Shown one piece after another: positions 26,677 to 41,419 of a stretch of 64,000 nt of DNA. Position 1 is the first letter of the stretch. Each line of letters opens with the position of its first letter. Where the stretch lies: positions 3,534,001 through 3,598,000 of the forward strand of contig OZ059899.1 in NCBI GenBank assembly GCA_964057225.1, read 5' to 3'. The notes under the pieces were generated by a model. That model did no database searches. It was given only the letters and a program-made list of their open reading frames with translations, and had not been told where the DNA came from. The position numbers and the translations under genes are program-made. The stretch comes from Auanema rhodensis. Its lineage: Eukaryota; Animalia; Nematoda.

Positions 26677-28431
26677 ACATCTACTTTTTGCTAAATTATT
26701 TTGAAATTTTTCGAAAAAATTTTTGTCAAAATGTTTTTGGAAGCAATGTTGAGTGTACATGGAAACTCAACATACACTAATGCATCATTTTTCAAACGAT
26801 CATAACTAATTTTTGTATCAAGTGTTTCTCAATGTAGTATAGTGCATTCGATGCGGATTTTTAAGCTGCGTCGATCTGTGTTATCAGATTTGCGCTAGCT
26901 TAAAAATGCACCGAGATATCAACTGATATAAGTTCACACTTATATCCTCGATTTTCACCCTGAAGAATTAATTTTTTCGTTGAATAACATTGTCCATCGT
27001 CTTTGCCTGGAAAAATGGAATCTAAAAACATCTACTTTTTGCTAAATTATTTTGAAATTTTTCGAAAAAATTTTTGTCAAAATGTTTTTGGAAGCAATGT
27101 TGAGTGTACATGGAAACTCAACATACACTAATGCATCATTTTTCAAACGCTCATAACTAATTTTTGTATCAAGTGTTTCTCAATGTAGTATAGTGCATTC
27201 GATGCGGATTTTTAAGCTGCGTCGATCTGTGTTATCAGATTTGCGCTAGCTTAAAAATGCACCGAGATATCAACTGATATAAGTTCACACTTATATCCTC
27301 GATTTTCACCCTGAAGAATTAATTTTTTCGTTGAATAACATTGTCCATCGTCTTTGCCTGGAAAAATGGAATCTAAAAACATCTACTTTTTGCTAAATTA
27401 TTTTGAAATTTTTCGAAAAAATTTTTGTCAAAATGTTTTTGGAAGCAATGTTGAGTGTACATGGAAACTCAACATACACTAATGCATCATTTTTCAAACG
27501 CTCATAACTAATTTTTGTATTAAGCGTTTCTCAATGTAGTATAGTGCATTCGATGCGGATTTTCAAGCTGCGTCGATCTGTGTTATCAGATTTGCGCTAG
27601 CTTAAAAATGCACCGAGATATCAACTGATATAAGTTCACACATATATACCCGATTTTCACCCTGAAGAATTAATTTTTTCGTTGAATAACATTGTCCATC
27701 GTCTTTGCCTTGAAAAAACGAATCTAAAAACATCTACTTTTTGCTAAATTATTTTGAAATTTTTTGAAAAAATTTTTGTCAAAATGTTTTTGGAAGCAAT
27801 GTTGAGTGTACATGGAAACTCAACATACACTAATGCATCATTTTTCAAACGATCATAACTAATTTGTGTATTAAGCGTTTCTCAATGTAGTATAGTGCAT
27901 TCGATGCGGATTTTCAAGCTGCGTCGATCTGTGTTATCAGATTTGCGCTAGCTTAAAAATGCACCGAGATATCAACTGATATAAGTTCACACATATATAC
28001 CCGATTTTCACCCTGAAGAATTAATTTTTTCGTTGAATAACATTGTCCATCGTCTTTGCCTTGAAAAAAGGAATCTAAAAACATCTACTTTTTGCTAAAT
28101 TATTTTGAAATTTTTCGAAAAAATTTTTGTCAAAATGTTTTTGGAAGCAATGTTGAGTGTACATGGAAACTCAACATACACTAATGCATCATTTTTCAAA
28201 CGCTCATAACTAATTTTTGTATCAAGTGTTTCTCAATGTAGTATAGTGCATTCGATGCGGATTTTCAAGCTGCGTCGATCTGTGTTATCAGATTTGCGCT
28301 AGCTTAAAAATGCACCGAGATATCAACTGATATAAGTTCACACATATATACCCGATTTTCACCCTGAAGAATTAATTTTTTCGTTGAATAACATTGTCCA
28401 TCGTCTTTGCCTGGAAAAATGGAATCTAAAA

Positions 28432-31400
28432 ACATCTACTTTTTGCTAAATTATTTTGAAATTTTTCGAAAAAATTTTTGTCAAAATGTTTTTGGAAGCA
28501 ATGTTGAGTGTACATGGAAACTCAACATACACTAATGCATCATTTTTCAAACGCTCATAACTAATTTTTGTATCAAGTGTTTCTCAATGTAGTATAATGC
28601 ATTCGATGCGGATTTTTAAGCTGCGTCGATCTGTGTTATCAGATTTGCGCTAGCTTAAAAATGCACCGAGATATCAACTGATATAAGTTCACACTTATAT
28701 CCTCGATTTTCACCCTGAAGAATTAATTTTTTCGTTGAATAACATTGTCCATCGTCTTTGCCTGGAAAAATGGAATCTAAAAACATCTACTTTTTGCTAA
28801 ATTATTTTGAAATTTTTCGAAAAAATTTTTGTCAAAATGTTTTTGGAAGCAATGTTGAGTGTACATGGAAACTCAACATACACTAATGCATCATTTTTCA
28901 AACGCTCATAACTAATTTTTGTATTAAGCGTTTCTCAATGTAGTATAGTGCATTCGATGCGGATTTTCAAGCTGCGTCGATCTGTGTTATCAGATTTGCG
29001 CTAGCTTAAAAATGCACCGAGATATCAACTGATATAAGTTCACACATATATACCCGATTTTCACCCTGAAGAATTAATTTTTTCGTTGAATAACATTGTC
29101 CATCGTCTTTGCCTGGAAAAATGGAATCTAAAAACATCTACTTTTTGCTAAATTATTTTGAAATTTTTCGAAAAAATTTTTGTCAAAATGTTTTTGGAAG
29201 CAATGTTGAGTGTACATGGAAACTCAACATACACTAATGCATCATTTTTCAAACGCTCATAACTAATTTTTGTATCAAGTGTTTCTCAATGTAGTATAGT
29301 GCATTCGATGCGGATTTTTAAGCTGCGTCGATCTGTGTTATCAGATTTGCGCTAGCTTAAAAATGCACCGAGATATCAACTGATATAAGTTCACACTTAT
29401 ATCCTCGATTTTCACCCTGAAGAATTAATTTTTTCGTTGAATAACATTGTCCATCGTCTTTGCCTGGAAAAATGGAATCTAAAAACATCTACTTTTTGCT
29501 AAATTATTTTGAAATTTTTCGAAAAAATTTTTGTCAAAATGTTTTTGGAAGCAATGTTGAGTGTACATGGAAACTCAACATACACTAATGCATCATTTTT
29601 CAAACGCTCATAACTAATTTTTGTATTAAGCGTTTCTCAATGTAGTATAGTGCATTCGATGCGGATTTTCAAGCTGCGTCGATCTGTGTTATCAGATTTG
29701 CGCTAGCTTAAAAATGCACCGAGATATCAACTGATATAAGTTCACACATATATACCCGATTTTCACCCTGAAGAATTAATTTTTTCGTTGAATAACATTG
29801 TCCATCGTCTTTGCCTTGAAAAAAGGAATCTAAAAACATCTACTTTTTGCTAAATTATTTTGAAATTTTTCGAAAAAATTTTTGTCAAAATGTTTTTGGA
29901 AGCAATGTTGAGTGTACATGGAAACTCAACATACACTAATGCATCATTTTTCAAACGCTCATAACTAATTTTTGTATCAAGTGTTTCTCAATGTAGTATA
30001 GTGCATTCGATGCGGATTTTTAAGCTGCGTCGATCTGTGTTATCAGATTTGCGCTAGCTTAAAAATGCACCGAGATATCAACTGATATAAGTTCACACTT
30101 ATATCCTCGATTTTCACCCTGAAGAATTAATTTTTTCGTTGAATAACATTGTCCATCGTCTTTGCCTGGAAAAATGGAATCTAAAAACATCTACTTTTTG
30201 CTAAATTATTTTGAAATTTTTCGAAAAAATTTTTGTCAAAATGTTTTTGGAAGCAATGTTGAGTGTACATGGAAACTCAACATACACTAATGCATCATTT
30301 TTCAAACGCTCATAACTAATTTTTGTATTAAGCGTTTCTCAATGTAGTATAGTGCATTCGATGCGGATTTTCAAGCTGCGTCGATCTGTGTTATCAGATT
30401 TGCGCTAGCTTAAAAATGCACCGAGATATCAACTGATATAAGTTCACACATATATACCCGATTTTCACCCTGAAGAATTAATTTTTTCGTTGAATAACAT
30501 TGTCCATCGTCTTTGCCTGGAAAAATGGAATCTAAAAACATCTACTTTTTGCTAAATTATTTTGAAATTTTTCGAAAAAATTTTTGTCAAAATGTTTTTG
30601 GAAGCAATGTTGAGTGTACATGGAAACTCAACATACACTAATGCATCATTTTTCAAACGCTCATAACTAATTTTTGTATCAAGTGTTTCTCAATGTAGTA
30701 TAGTGCATTCGATGCGGATTTTTAAGCTGCGTCGATCTGTGTTATCAGATTTGCGCTAGCTTAAAAATGCACCGAGATATCAACTGATATAAGTTCACAC
30801 TTATATCCTCGATTTTCACCCTGAAGAATTAATTTTTTCGTTGAATAACATTGTCCATCGTCTTTGCCTGGAAAAATGGAATCTAAAAACATCTACTTTT
30901 TGCTAAATTATTTTGAAATTTTTCGAAAAAATTTTTGTCAAAATGTTTTTGGAAGCAATGTTGAGTGTACATGGAAACTCAACATACACTAATGCATCAT
31001 TTTTCAAACGCTCATAACTAATTTTTGTATTAAGCGTTTCTCAATGTAGTATAGTGCATTCGATGCGGATTTTCAAGCTGCGTCGATCTGTGTTATCAGA
31101 TTTGCGCTAGCTTAAAAATGCACCGAGATATCAACTGATATAAGTTCACACATATATACCCGATTTTCACCCTGAAGAATTAATTTTTTCGTTGAATAAC
31201 ATTGTCCATCGTATTTGCCTTGAAAAAAGGAATCTAAAAACATCTACTTTTTGCTAAATTATTTTGAAATTTTTCGAAAAAATTTTTGTCAAAATGTTTT
31301 TGGAAGCAATGTTGAGTGTACATGGAAACTCAACATACACTAATGCATCATTTTTCAAACGCTCATAACTAATTTTTGTATCAAGTGTTTCTCAATGTAG

Positions 31401-31941
31401 TATAGTGCATTCGATGCGGATTTTTAAGCTGCGTCGATCTGTGTTATCAGATTTGCGCTAGCTTAAAAATGCACCGAGATATCAACTGATATAAGTTCAC
31501 ACTTATATCCTCGATTTTCACCCTGAAGAATTAATTTTTTCGTTGAATAACATTGTCCATCGTCTTTGCCTGGAAAAATGGAATCTAAAAACATCTACTT
31601 TTTGCTAAATTATTTTGAAATTTTTCGAAAAAATTTTTGTCAAAATGTTTTTGGAAGCAATGTTGAGTGTACATGGAAACTCAACATACACTAATGCATC
31701 ATTTTTCAAACGCTCATAACTAATTTTTGTATTAAGCGTTTCTCAATGTAGTATAGTGCATTCGATGCGGATTTTCAAGCTGCGTCGATCTGTGTTATCA
31801 GATTTGCGCTAGCTTGAAAATGCACCGAGATATCAACTGATATAAGTTCACACATATATACCCGATTTTCACCCTGAAGAATTAATTTTTTCGTTGAATA
31901 ACATTGTCCATCGTCTTTGCCTTGAAAAAAGGAATCTAAAA
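28432..31941 (+). repeat. Alternating B/A dimer array (5 x 702 bp) with tetramer superstructure
   Basis: B monomers start at 28432, 29134, 29836, 30538, 31240, with A-type monomers between. The A-type 3' ends run CTGG..ATGG, CTTG..AAGG, CTGG..ATGG, CTTG..AAGG, CTTG..AAGG. Confidence 0.85.
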
Positions 31942-34900
31942 ACATCTACTTTTTGCTAAATTATTTTGAAATTTTTCGAAAAAATTTTTGTCAAAATGTT
32001 TTTGGAAGCAATGTTGAGTGTACATGGAAACTCAACATACACTAATGCATCATTTTTCAAACGATCATAACTAATTTGTGTATTAAGCGTTTCTCAATGT
32101 AGTATAGTGCATTCGATGCGGATTTTCAAGCTGCGTCGATCTGTGTTATCAGATTTGCGCTAGCTTAAAAATGCACCGAGATATCAACTGATATAAGTTC
32201 ACACATATATACCCGATTTTCACCCTGAAGAATTAATTTTTTCGTTGAATAACATTGTCCATCGTCTTTGCCTTGAAAAAAGGAATCTAAAAACATCTAC
32301 TTTTTGCTAAATTATTTTGGAATTTTTCGAAAAAATTTTTGTCAAAATGTTTTTGGAAGCAATGTTGAGTGTACATGGAAACTCAACATACACTAATGCA
32401 TCATTTTTCAAACGATCATAACTAATTTTTGTATTAAGCGTTTCTCAATGTAGTATAGTGCATTCGATGCGGATTTTCAAGCTGCGTCGATCTGTGTTAT
32501 CAGATTTGCGCTAGCTTAAAAATGCACCGAGATATCAACTGATATAAGTTCACACTTATATCCTCGATTTTCACCCTGAAGAATTATTTTTTTCGTTGAA
32601 TAACATTGTCCATCGTCTTTGCCTTGAAAAATGGAATCTTAAAACATCTACTTTTTGCTAAATTTTTTTTGAAATTTTTCGAAAAAATTTTTGTCAAAAT
32701 GTTTTTGGAAGCAATGTTGAGTGTACATGGAAACTCAACATACACTAATGCATCATTTTTAAACGATCATAACTAATTTTTGTATCAAGTGTTTCTCAAT
32801 GTAGTATAGTGCATTCGATGCGGATTTTTAAGCTGCGTCGATCTGTGTTATCAGATTTGCGCTAGCTTAAAAATGCACCGAGATATCAACTGATATAAGT
32901 TCACACATATATACCCGATTTTCACCCTGAAGAATTAATTTTTTCGTTGAATAACATTGTCCATCGTCTTTGCCTTGAAAAAAGGAATCTAAAAACATCT
33001 ACTTTTTGCTAAATTATTTTGGAATTTTTCGAAAAAATTTTTGTCAAAATGTTTTTGGAAGCAATGTTGAGTGTACATGGAAACTCAACATACACTAATG
33101 CATCATTTTTCAAACGATCATAACTAATTTTTGTATTAAGCGTTTCTCAATGTAGTATAGTGCATTCGATGCGGATTTTCAAGCTGCGTCGATCTGTGTT
33201 ATCAGATTTGCGCTAGCTTAAAAATGCACCGAGATATCAACTGATATAAGTTCACACTTATATCCTCGATTTTCACCCTGAAGAATTATTTTTTTCGTTG
33301 AATAACATTGTCCATCGTCTTTGCCTTGAAAAATGGAATCTTAAAACATCTACTTTTTGCTAAATTTTTTTTGAAATTTTTCGAAAAAATTTTTGTCAAA
33401 ATGTTTTTGGAAGCAATGTTGAGTGTACATGGAAACTCAACATACACTAATGCATCATTTTTCAAACGATCATAACTAATTTTTGTATCAAGTGTTTCTC
33501 AATGTAGTATAGTGCATTCGATGCGGATTTTTAAGCTGCGTCGATCTGTGTTATCAGATTTGCGCTAGCTTAAAAATGCACCGAGATATCAACTGATATA
33601 AGTTCACACTTATATCCTCGATTTTCACCCTGAAGAATTAATTTTTTCGTTGAAAAACATTGTCCATCGTCTTTGCCTTGAAAAATGGAATCTTAAAACA
33701 TCTACTTTTTGCTAAATTATTTTGAAATTTTTCGAAAAAATTTTTGTCAAAATGTTTTTGGAAGCAATGTTGAGTGTACATGGAAACTCAACATACACTA
33801 ATGCATCATTTTTCAAACGATCATAACTAATTTTTGTATCAAGTGTTTCTCAATGTAGTATAGTGCATTCGATGCGGATTTTTAATCTGCGTCGATCTGT
33901 GTTATCAGATTTGCGCTAGCTTAAAAAAGCACCGAGATATCAACTGATATAAGTTCACACTTATATCCTCGATTTTCACCCTGAAGAATTATTTTTTTCG
34001 TTGAATAACATTGTCCATCGTCTTTGCCTTAAAAAATGGAATCTTAAAACATCTACTTTTTGCTAAATTATTTTGAAATTTTTCGAAAAAATTTTTGTCA
34101 AAATGTTTTTGGAAGCAATGTTGAGTGTACATGGAAACTCAACATACACTAATGCATCATTTTTCAAACGATCATAACTAATTTTTGTATCAAGTGTTTC
34201 TCAATGTAGTATAGTGCATTCGATGCGGATTTTTAAGCTGCGTCGATCTGTGTTATCAGATTTGCGCTAGCTTAAAAATGCACCGAGATATCAACTGATA
34301 TAAGTTCACACTTATATCCTCGATTTTCACCCTGAAGAATTAATTTTTTCGTTGAAAAACATTGTCCATCGTCTTTGCCTTGAAAAATGGAATCTTAAAA
34401 CATCTACTTTTTGCTAAATTATTTTGAAATTTTTCGAAAAAATTTTTGTCAAAATGTTTTTGGAAGCAATGTTGAGTGTACATGGAAACTCAACATACAC
34501 TAATGCATCATTTTTCAAACGATCATAACTAATTTTTGTATCAAGTGTTTCTCAATGTAGTATAGTGCATTCGATGCGGATTTTTAAGCTGCGTCGATCT
34601 GTGTTATCAGATTTGCGCTAGCTTAAAAAAGCACCGAGATATCAACTGATATAAGTTCACACTTATATCCTCGATTTTCACCCTGAAGAATTAATTTTTT
34701 CGTTGAATAACATTGTCCATCGTCTTTGCCTTAAAAAATGGAATCTAAAAACATCTACTTTTTGCTAAATTATTTTGAAATTTTTCGAAAAAATTTTTGT
34801 CAAAATGTTTTTGGAAGCAATGTTGAGTGTACATGGAAACTCAACATACACTAATGCATCATTTTTCAAACGATCATAACTAATTTTTGTATCAAGTGTT

Positions 34901-37900
34901 TCTCAATGTAGTATAGTGCATTCGATGCGGATTTTCAAGCTGCGTCGATCTGTGTTATCAGATTTGCGCTAGCTTAAAAATGCACCGAGATATCAACTGA
35001 TATAAGTTCACACTTATATCCTCGATTTTCACCCTGAAGAATTATTTTTTTCGTTGAATAACATTGTCCATCGTCTTTGCCTTAAAAAATGGAATCTTAA
35101 AACATCTACTTTTTGCTAAATTATTTTGAAATTTTTCGAAAAAATTTTTGTCAAAATGTTTTTGGAAGCAATGTTGAGTGTACATGGAAACTCAACATAC
35201 ACTAATGCATCATTTTTCAAACGATCATAACTAATTTTTGTATCAAGTGTTTCTCAATGTAGTATAGTGCATTCGATGCGGATTTTTAAGCTGCGTCGAT
35301 CTGTGTTATCAGATTTGCGCTAGCTTAAAAATGCACCGAGATATCAACTGATATAAGTTCACACTTATATCCTCGATTTTCACCCTGAAGAATTAATTTT
35401 TTCGTTGAATAACATTGTCCATCGTCTTTGCCTGGAAAAATGGAATCTAAAAACATCTACTTTTTGCTAAATTATTTTGAAATTTTTCGAAAAAATTTTT
35501 GTCAAAATGTTTTTGGAAGCAATGTTGAGTGTACATGGAAACTCAACATACACTAATGCATCATTTTTCAAACGCTCATAACTAATTTTTGTATTAAGCG
35601 TTTCTCAATGTAGTATAGTGCATTCGATGCGGATTTTCAAGCTGCGTCGATCTGTGTTATCAGATTTGCGCTAGCTTAAAAATGCACCGAGATATCAACT
35701 GATATAAGTTCACACATATATACCCGATTTTCACCCTGAAGAATTAATTTTTTCGTTGAATAACATTGTCCATCGTCTTTGCCTTGAAAAAACGAATCTA
35801 AAAACATCTACTTTTTGCTAAATTATTTTGAAATTTTTCGAAAAAATTTTTGTCAAAATGTTTTTGGAAGCAATGTTGAGTGTACATGGAAACTCAACAT
35901 ACACTAATGCATCATTTTTCAAACGATCATAACTAATTTTTGTATCAAGTGTTTCTCAATGTAGTATAGTGCATTCGATGCGGATTTTTAAGCTGCGTCG
36001 ATCTGTGTTATCAGATTTGCGCTAGCTTAAAAAAGCACCGAGATATCAACTGATATAAGTTCACACTTATATCCTCGATTTTCACCCTGAAGAATTATTT
36101 TTTTCGTTGAATAACATTGTCCATCGTCTTTGCCTTAAAAAATGGAATCTTAAAACATCTACTTTTTGCTAAATTATTTTGAAATTTTTCGAAAAAATTT
36201 TTGTCAAAATGTTTTTGGAAGCAATGTTGAGTGTACATGGAAACTCAACATACACTAATGCATCATTTTTCAAACGATCATAACTAATTTTTGTATCAAG
36301 TGTTTCTCAATGTAGTATAGTGCATTCGATGCGGATTTTTAAGCTGCGTCGATCTGTGTTATCAGATTTGCGCTAGCTTAAAAATGCACCGAGATATCAA
36401 CTGATATAAGTTCACACTTATATCCTCGATTTTCACCCTGAAGAATTAATTTTTTCGTTGAAAAACATTGTCCATCGTCTTTGCCTTGAAAAATGGAATC
36501 TTAAAACATCTACTTTTTGCTAAATTATTTTGAAATTTTTCGAAAAAATTTTTGTCAAAATGTTTTTGGAAGCAATGTTGAGTGTACATGGAAACTCAAC
36601 ATACACTAATGCATCATTTTTCAAACGATCATAACTAATTTTTGTATCAAGTGTTTCTCAATGTAGTATAGTGCATTCGATGCGGATTTTTAAGCTGCGT
36701 CGATCTGTGTTATCAGATTTGCGCTAGCTTAAAAAAGCACCGAGATATCAACTGATATAAGTTCACACTTATATCCTCGATTTTCACCCTGAAGAATTAA
36801 TTTTTTCGTTGAATAACATTGTCCATCGTCTTTGCCTTAAAAAATGGAATCTAAAAACATCTACTTTTTGCTAAATTATTTTGAAATTTTTCGAAAAAAT
36901 TTTTGTCAAAATGTTTTTGGAAGCAATGTTGAGTGTACATGGAAACTCAACATACACTAATGCATCATTTTTCAAACGATCATAACTAATTTTTGTATCA
37001 AGTGTTTCTCAATGTAGTATAGTGCATTCGATGCGGATTTTCAAGCTGCGTCGATCTGTGTTATCAGATTTGCGCTAGCTTAAAAATGCACCGAGATATC
37101 AACTGATATAAGTTCACACTTATATCCTCGATTTTCACCCTGAAGAATTATTTTTTTCGTTGAATAACATTGTCCATCGTCTTTGCCTTAAAAAATGGAA
37201 TCTTAAAACATCTACTTTTTGCTAAATTATTTTGAAATTTTTCGAAAAAATTTTTGTCAAAATGTTTTTGGAAGCAATGTTGAGTGTACATGGAAACTCA
37301 ACATACACTAATGCATCATTTTTCAAACGCTCATAACTAATTTTTGTATTAAGCGTTTCTCAATGTAGTATAGTGCATTCGATGCGGATTTTCAAGCTGC
37401 GTCGATCTGTGTTATCAGATTTGCGCTAGCTTAAAAATGCACCGAGATATCAACTGATATAAGTTCACACATATATACCCGATTTTCACCCTGAAGAATT
37501 AATTTTTTCGTTGAATAACATTGTCCATCGTCTTTGCCTTGAAAAAAGGAATCTAAAAACATCTACTTTTTGCTAAATTATTTTGAAATTTTTCGAAAAA
37601 ATTTTTGTCAAAATGTTTTTGGAAGCAATGTTGAGTGTACATGGAAACTCAACATACACTAATGCATCATTTTTCAAACGCTCATAACTAATTTTTGTAT
37701 CAAGTGTTTCTCAATGTAGTATAGTGCATTCGATGCGGATTTTTAAGCTGCGTCGATCTGTGTTATCAGATTTGCGCTAGCTTAAAAATGCACCGAGATA
37801 TCAACTGATATAAGTTCACACATATATACCCGATTTTCACCCTGAAGAATTAATTTTTTCGTTGAATAACATTGTCCATCGTCTTTGCCTTGAAAAAAGG

Positions 37901-40015
37901 AATCTAAAAACATCTACTTTTTGCTAAATTATTTTGAAATTTTTCGAAAAAATTTTTGTCAAAATGTTTTTGGAAGCAATGTTGAGTGTACATGGAAACT
38001 CAACATACACTAATGCATCATTTTTCAAACGCTCATAACTAATTTTTGTATCAAGTGTTGCTCAATGTAGTATAGTGCATTCGATGCGGATTTTCAAGCT
38101 GCGTCGATCTGTGTTATCAGATTTGCGCTAGCTTAAAAATGCACCGAGATATCAACTGATATAAGTTCACACATATATACCCGATTTTCACCCTGAAGAA
38201 TTAATTTTTTCGTTGAATAACATTGTCCATCGTCTTTGTCTTGAAAAAACGAATCTAAAAACATCTACTTTTTGCTAAATTATTTTGAAATTTTTCGAAA
38301 AAATTTTTGTCAAAATGTTTTTGGAAGCAATGTTGAGTGTACATGGAAACTCAACATACACTAATGCATCATTTTTCAAACGCTCATAACTAATTTTTGT
38401 ATCAAGTGTTTCTCAATGTAGTATAGTGCATTCGATGCGGATTTTTAAGCTGCGTCGATCTGTGTTATCAGATTTGCGCTAGCTTAAAAATGCACCGAGA
38501 TATCAACTGATATAAGTTCACACTTATATCCTCAATTTTCACCCTGAAGAATTAATTTTTTCGTTGAATAACATTGTCCATCGTCTTTGCCTGGAAAAAT
38601 GGAATCTAAAAACATCTACTTTTTGCTAAATTATTTTGAAATTTTTCGAAAAAATTTTTGTCAAAATGTTTTTGGAAGCAATGTTGAGTGTACATGGAAA
38701 CTCAACATACACTAATGCATCATTTTTCAAACGCTCATAACTAATTTTTGTATTAAGCGTTTCTCAATGTAGTATAGTGCATTCGATGCGGATTTTCAAG
38801 CTGCGTCGATCTGTGTTATCAGATTTGCGCTAGCTTAAAAATGCACCGAGATATCAACTGATATAAGTTCACACATATATACCCGATTTTCACCCTGAAG
38901 AATTAATTTTTTCGTTGAATAACATTGTCCATCGTCTTTGCCTTGAAAAAAGGAATCTAAAAACATCTACTTTTTGCTAAATTATTTTGAAATTTTTCGA
39001 AAAAATTTTTGTCAAAATGTTTTTGGAAGCAATGTTGAGTGTACATGGAAACTCAACATACACTAATGCATCATTTTTCAAACGATCATAACTAATTTGT
39101 GTATTAAGCGTTTCTCAATGTAGTATAGTGCATTCGATGCGGATTTTCAAGCTGCGTCGATCTGTGTTATCAGATTTGCGCTAGCTTAAAAATGCACCGA
39201 GATATCAACTGATATAAGTTCACACATATATACCCGATTTTCACCCTGAAGAATTAATTTTTTCGTTGAATAACATTGTCCATCGTCTTTGCCTTGAAAA
39301 AAGAAATCTAAAAACATCTACTTTTTGCTAAATTATTTTGGAATTTTTCGAAAAAATTTTTGTCAAAATGTTTTTGGAAGCAATGTTGAGTGTACATGGA
39401 AACTCAACATACACTAATGCATCATTTTTCAAACGATCATAACTAATTTTTGTATTAAGCGTTTCTCAATGTAGTATAGTGCATTCGATGCGGATTTTCA
39501 AGCTGCGTCGATCTGTGTTATCAGATTTGCGCTAGCTTAAAAATGCACCGAGATATCAACTGATATAAGTTCACACTTATATCCTCGATTTTCACCCTGA
39601 AGAATTATTTTTTTCGTTGAATAACATTGTCCATCGTCTTTGCCTTGAAAAATGGAATCTTAAAACATCTACTTTTTGCTAAATTATTTTGAAATTTTTC
39701 GAAAAAATTTTTGTCAAAATGTTTTTGGAAGCAATGTTGAGTGTACATGGAAACTCAACATACACTAATGCATCATTTTTCAAACGATCATAACTAATTT
39801 TTGTATCAAGTGTTTCTCAATGTAGTATAGTGCATTCGATGCGGATTTTTAAGCTGCGTCGATCTGTGTTATCAGATTTGCGCTAGCTTAAAAATGCACC
39901 GAGATATCAACTGATATAAGTTCACACTTATATCCTCGATTTTCACCCTGAAGAATTAATTTTTTCGTTGAAAAACATTGTCCATCGTCTTTGCCTTGAA
40001 AAATGGAATCTTAAA

Positions 40016-41419
40016 ACATCTACTTTTTGCTAAATTATTTTGAAATTTTTCGAAAAAATTTTTGTCAAAATGTTTTTGGAAGCAATGTTGAGTGTACATG
40101 GAAACTCAACATACACTAATGCATCATTTTTCAAACGATCATAACTAATTTTTGTATCAAGTGTTTCTCAATGTAGTATAGTGCATTCGATGCGGATTTT
40201 TAAGCTGCGTCGATCTGTGTTATCAGATTTGCGCTAGCTTAAAAAAGCACCGAGATATCAGCTGATATAAGTTCACACTTATATCCTCGATTTTCACCCT
40301 GAAGAATTAATTTTTTCGTTGAATAACATTGTCCATCGTCTTTGCCTTGAAAAATGGAATCTGAAAACATCTACTTTTTGCTAAATTATTTTGAAATTTT
40401 TCGAAAAAATTTTTGTCAAAATGTTTTTGGAAGCAATGTTGAGTGTACATGGAAACTCAACATACACTAATGCATCATTTTTCAAACGATCATAACTAAT
40501 TTTTGTATCAAGTGTTTCTCAATGTAGTATAGTGCATTCGATGCGGATTTTCAAGCTGCGTCGATCTGTGTTATCAGATTTGCGCTAGCTTAAAAATGCA
40601 CCGAGATATCAACTGATATAAGTTCACACTTATATCCTCGATTTTCACCCTGAAGAATTATTTTTTTCGTTGAATAACATTGTCCATCGTCTTTGCCTTG
40701 AAAAATGGAATCTTAAAACATCTACTTTTTGCTAAATTATTTTGAAATTTTTCGAAAAAATTTTTGTCAAAATGTTTTTGGAAGCAATGTTGAGTGTACA
40801 TGGAAACTCAACATACACTAATGCATCATTTTTCAAACGATCATAACTAATTTTTGTATCAAGTGTTTCTCAATGTAGTATAGTGCATTCGATGCGGATT
40901 TTTAAGCTGCGTCGATCTGTGTTATCAGATTTGCGCTAGCTTAAAAAAGCACCGAGATATCAGCTGATATAAGTTCACACTTATATCCTCGATTTTCACC
41001 CTGAAGAATTAATTTTTTCGTTGAATAACATTGTCCATCGTCTTTGCCTTGAAAAATGGAATCTGAAAACATCTACTTTTTGCTAAATTATTTTGAAATT
41101 TTTCGAAAAAATTTTTGTCAAAATGTTTTTGGAAGCAATGTTGAGTGTACATGGAAACTCAACATACACTAATGCATCATTTTTCAAACGATCATAACTA
41201 ATTTTTGTATCAAGTGTTTCTCAATGTAGTATAGTGCATTCGATGCGGATTTTCAAGCTGCGTCGATCTGTGTTATCAGATTTGCGCTAGCTTAAAAATG
41301 CACCGAGATATCAACTGATATAAGTTCACACTTATATCCTCGATTTTCACCCTGAAGAATTATTTTTTTCGTTGAATAACATTGTCCATCGTCTTTGCCT
41401 TAAAAAATGGAATCTAAAA
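40016..41419 (+). repeat. Dimer (702-bp) duplication
   Basis: Private variants ATATCAGCTG at 40261/40963 and ATCTGAAAAC at 40363/41065. Confidence 0.88.
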
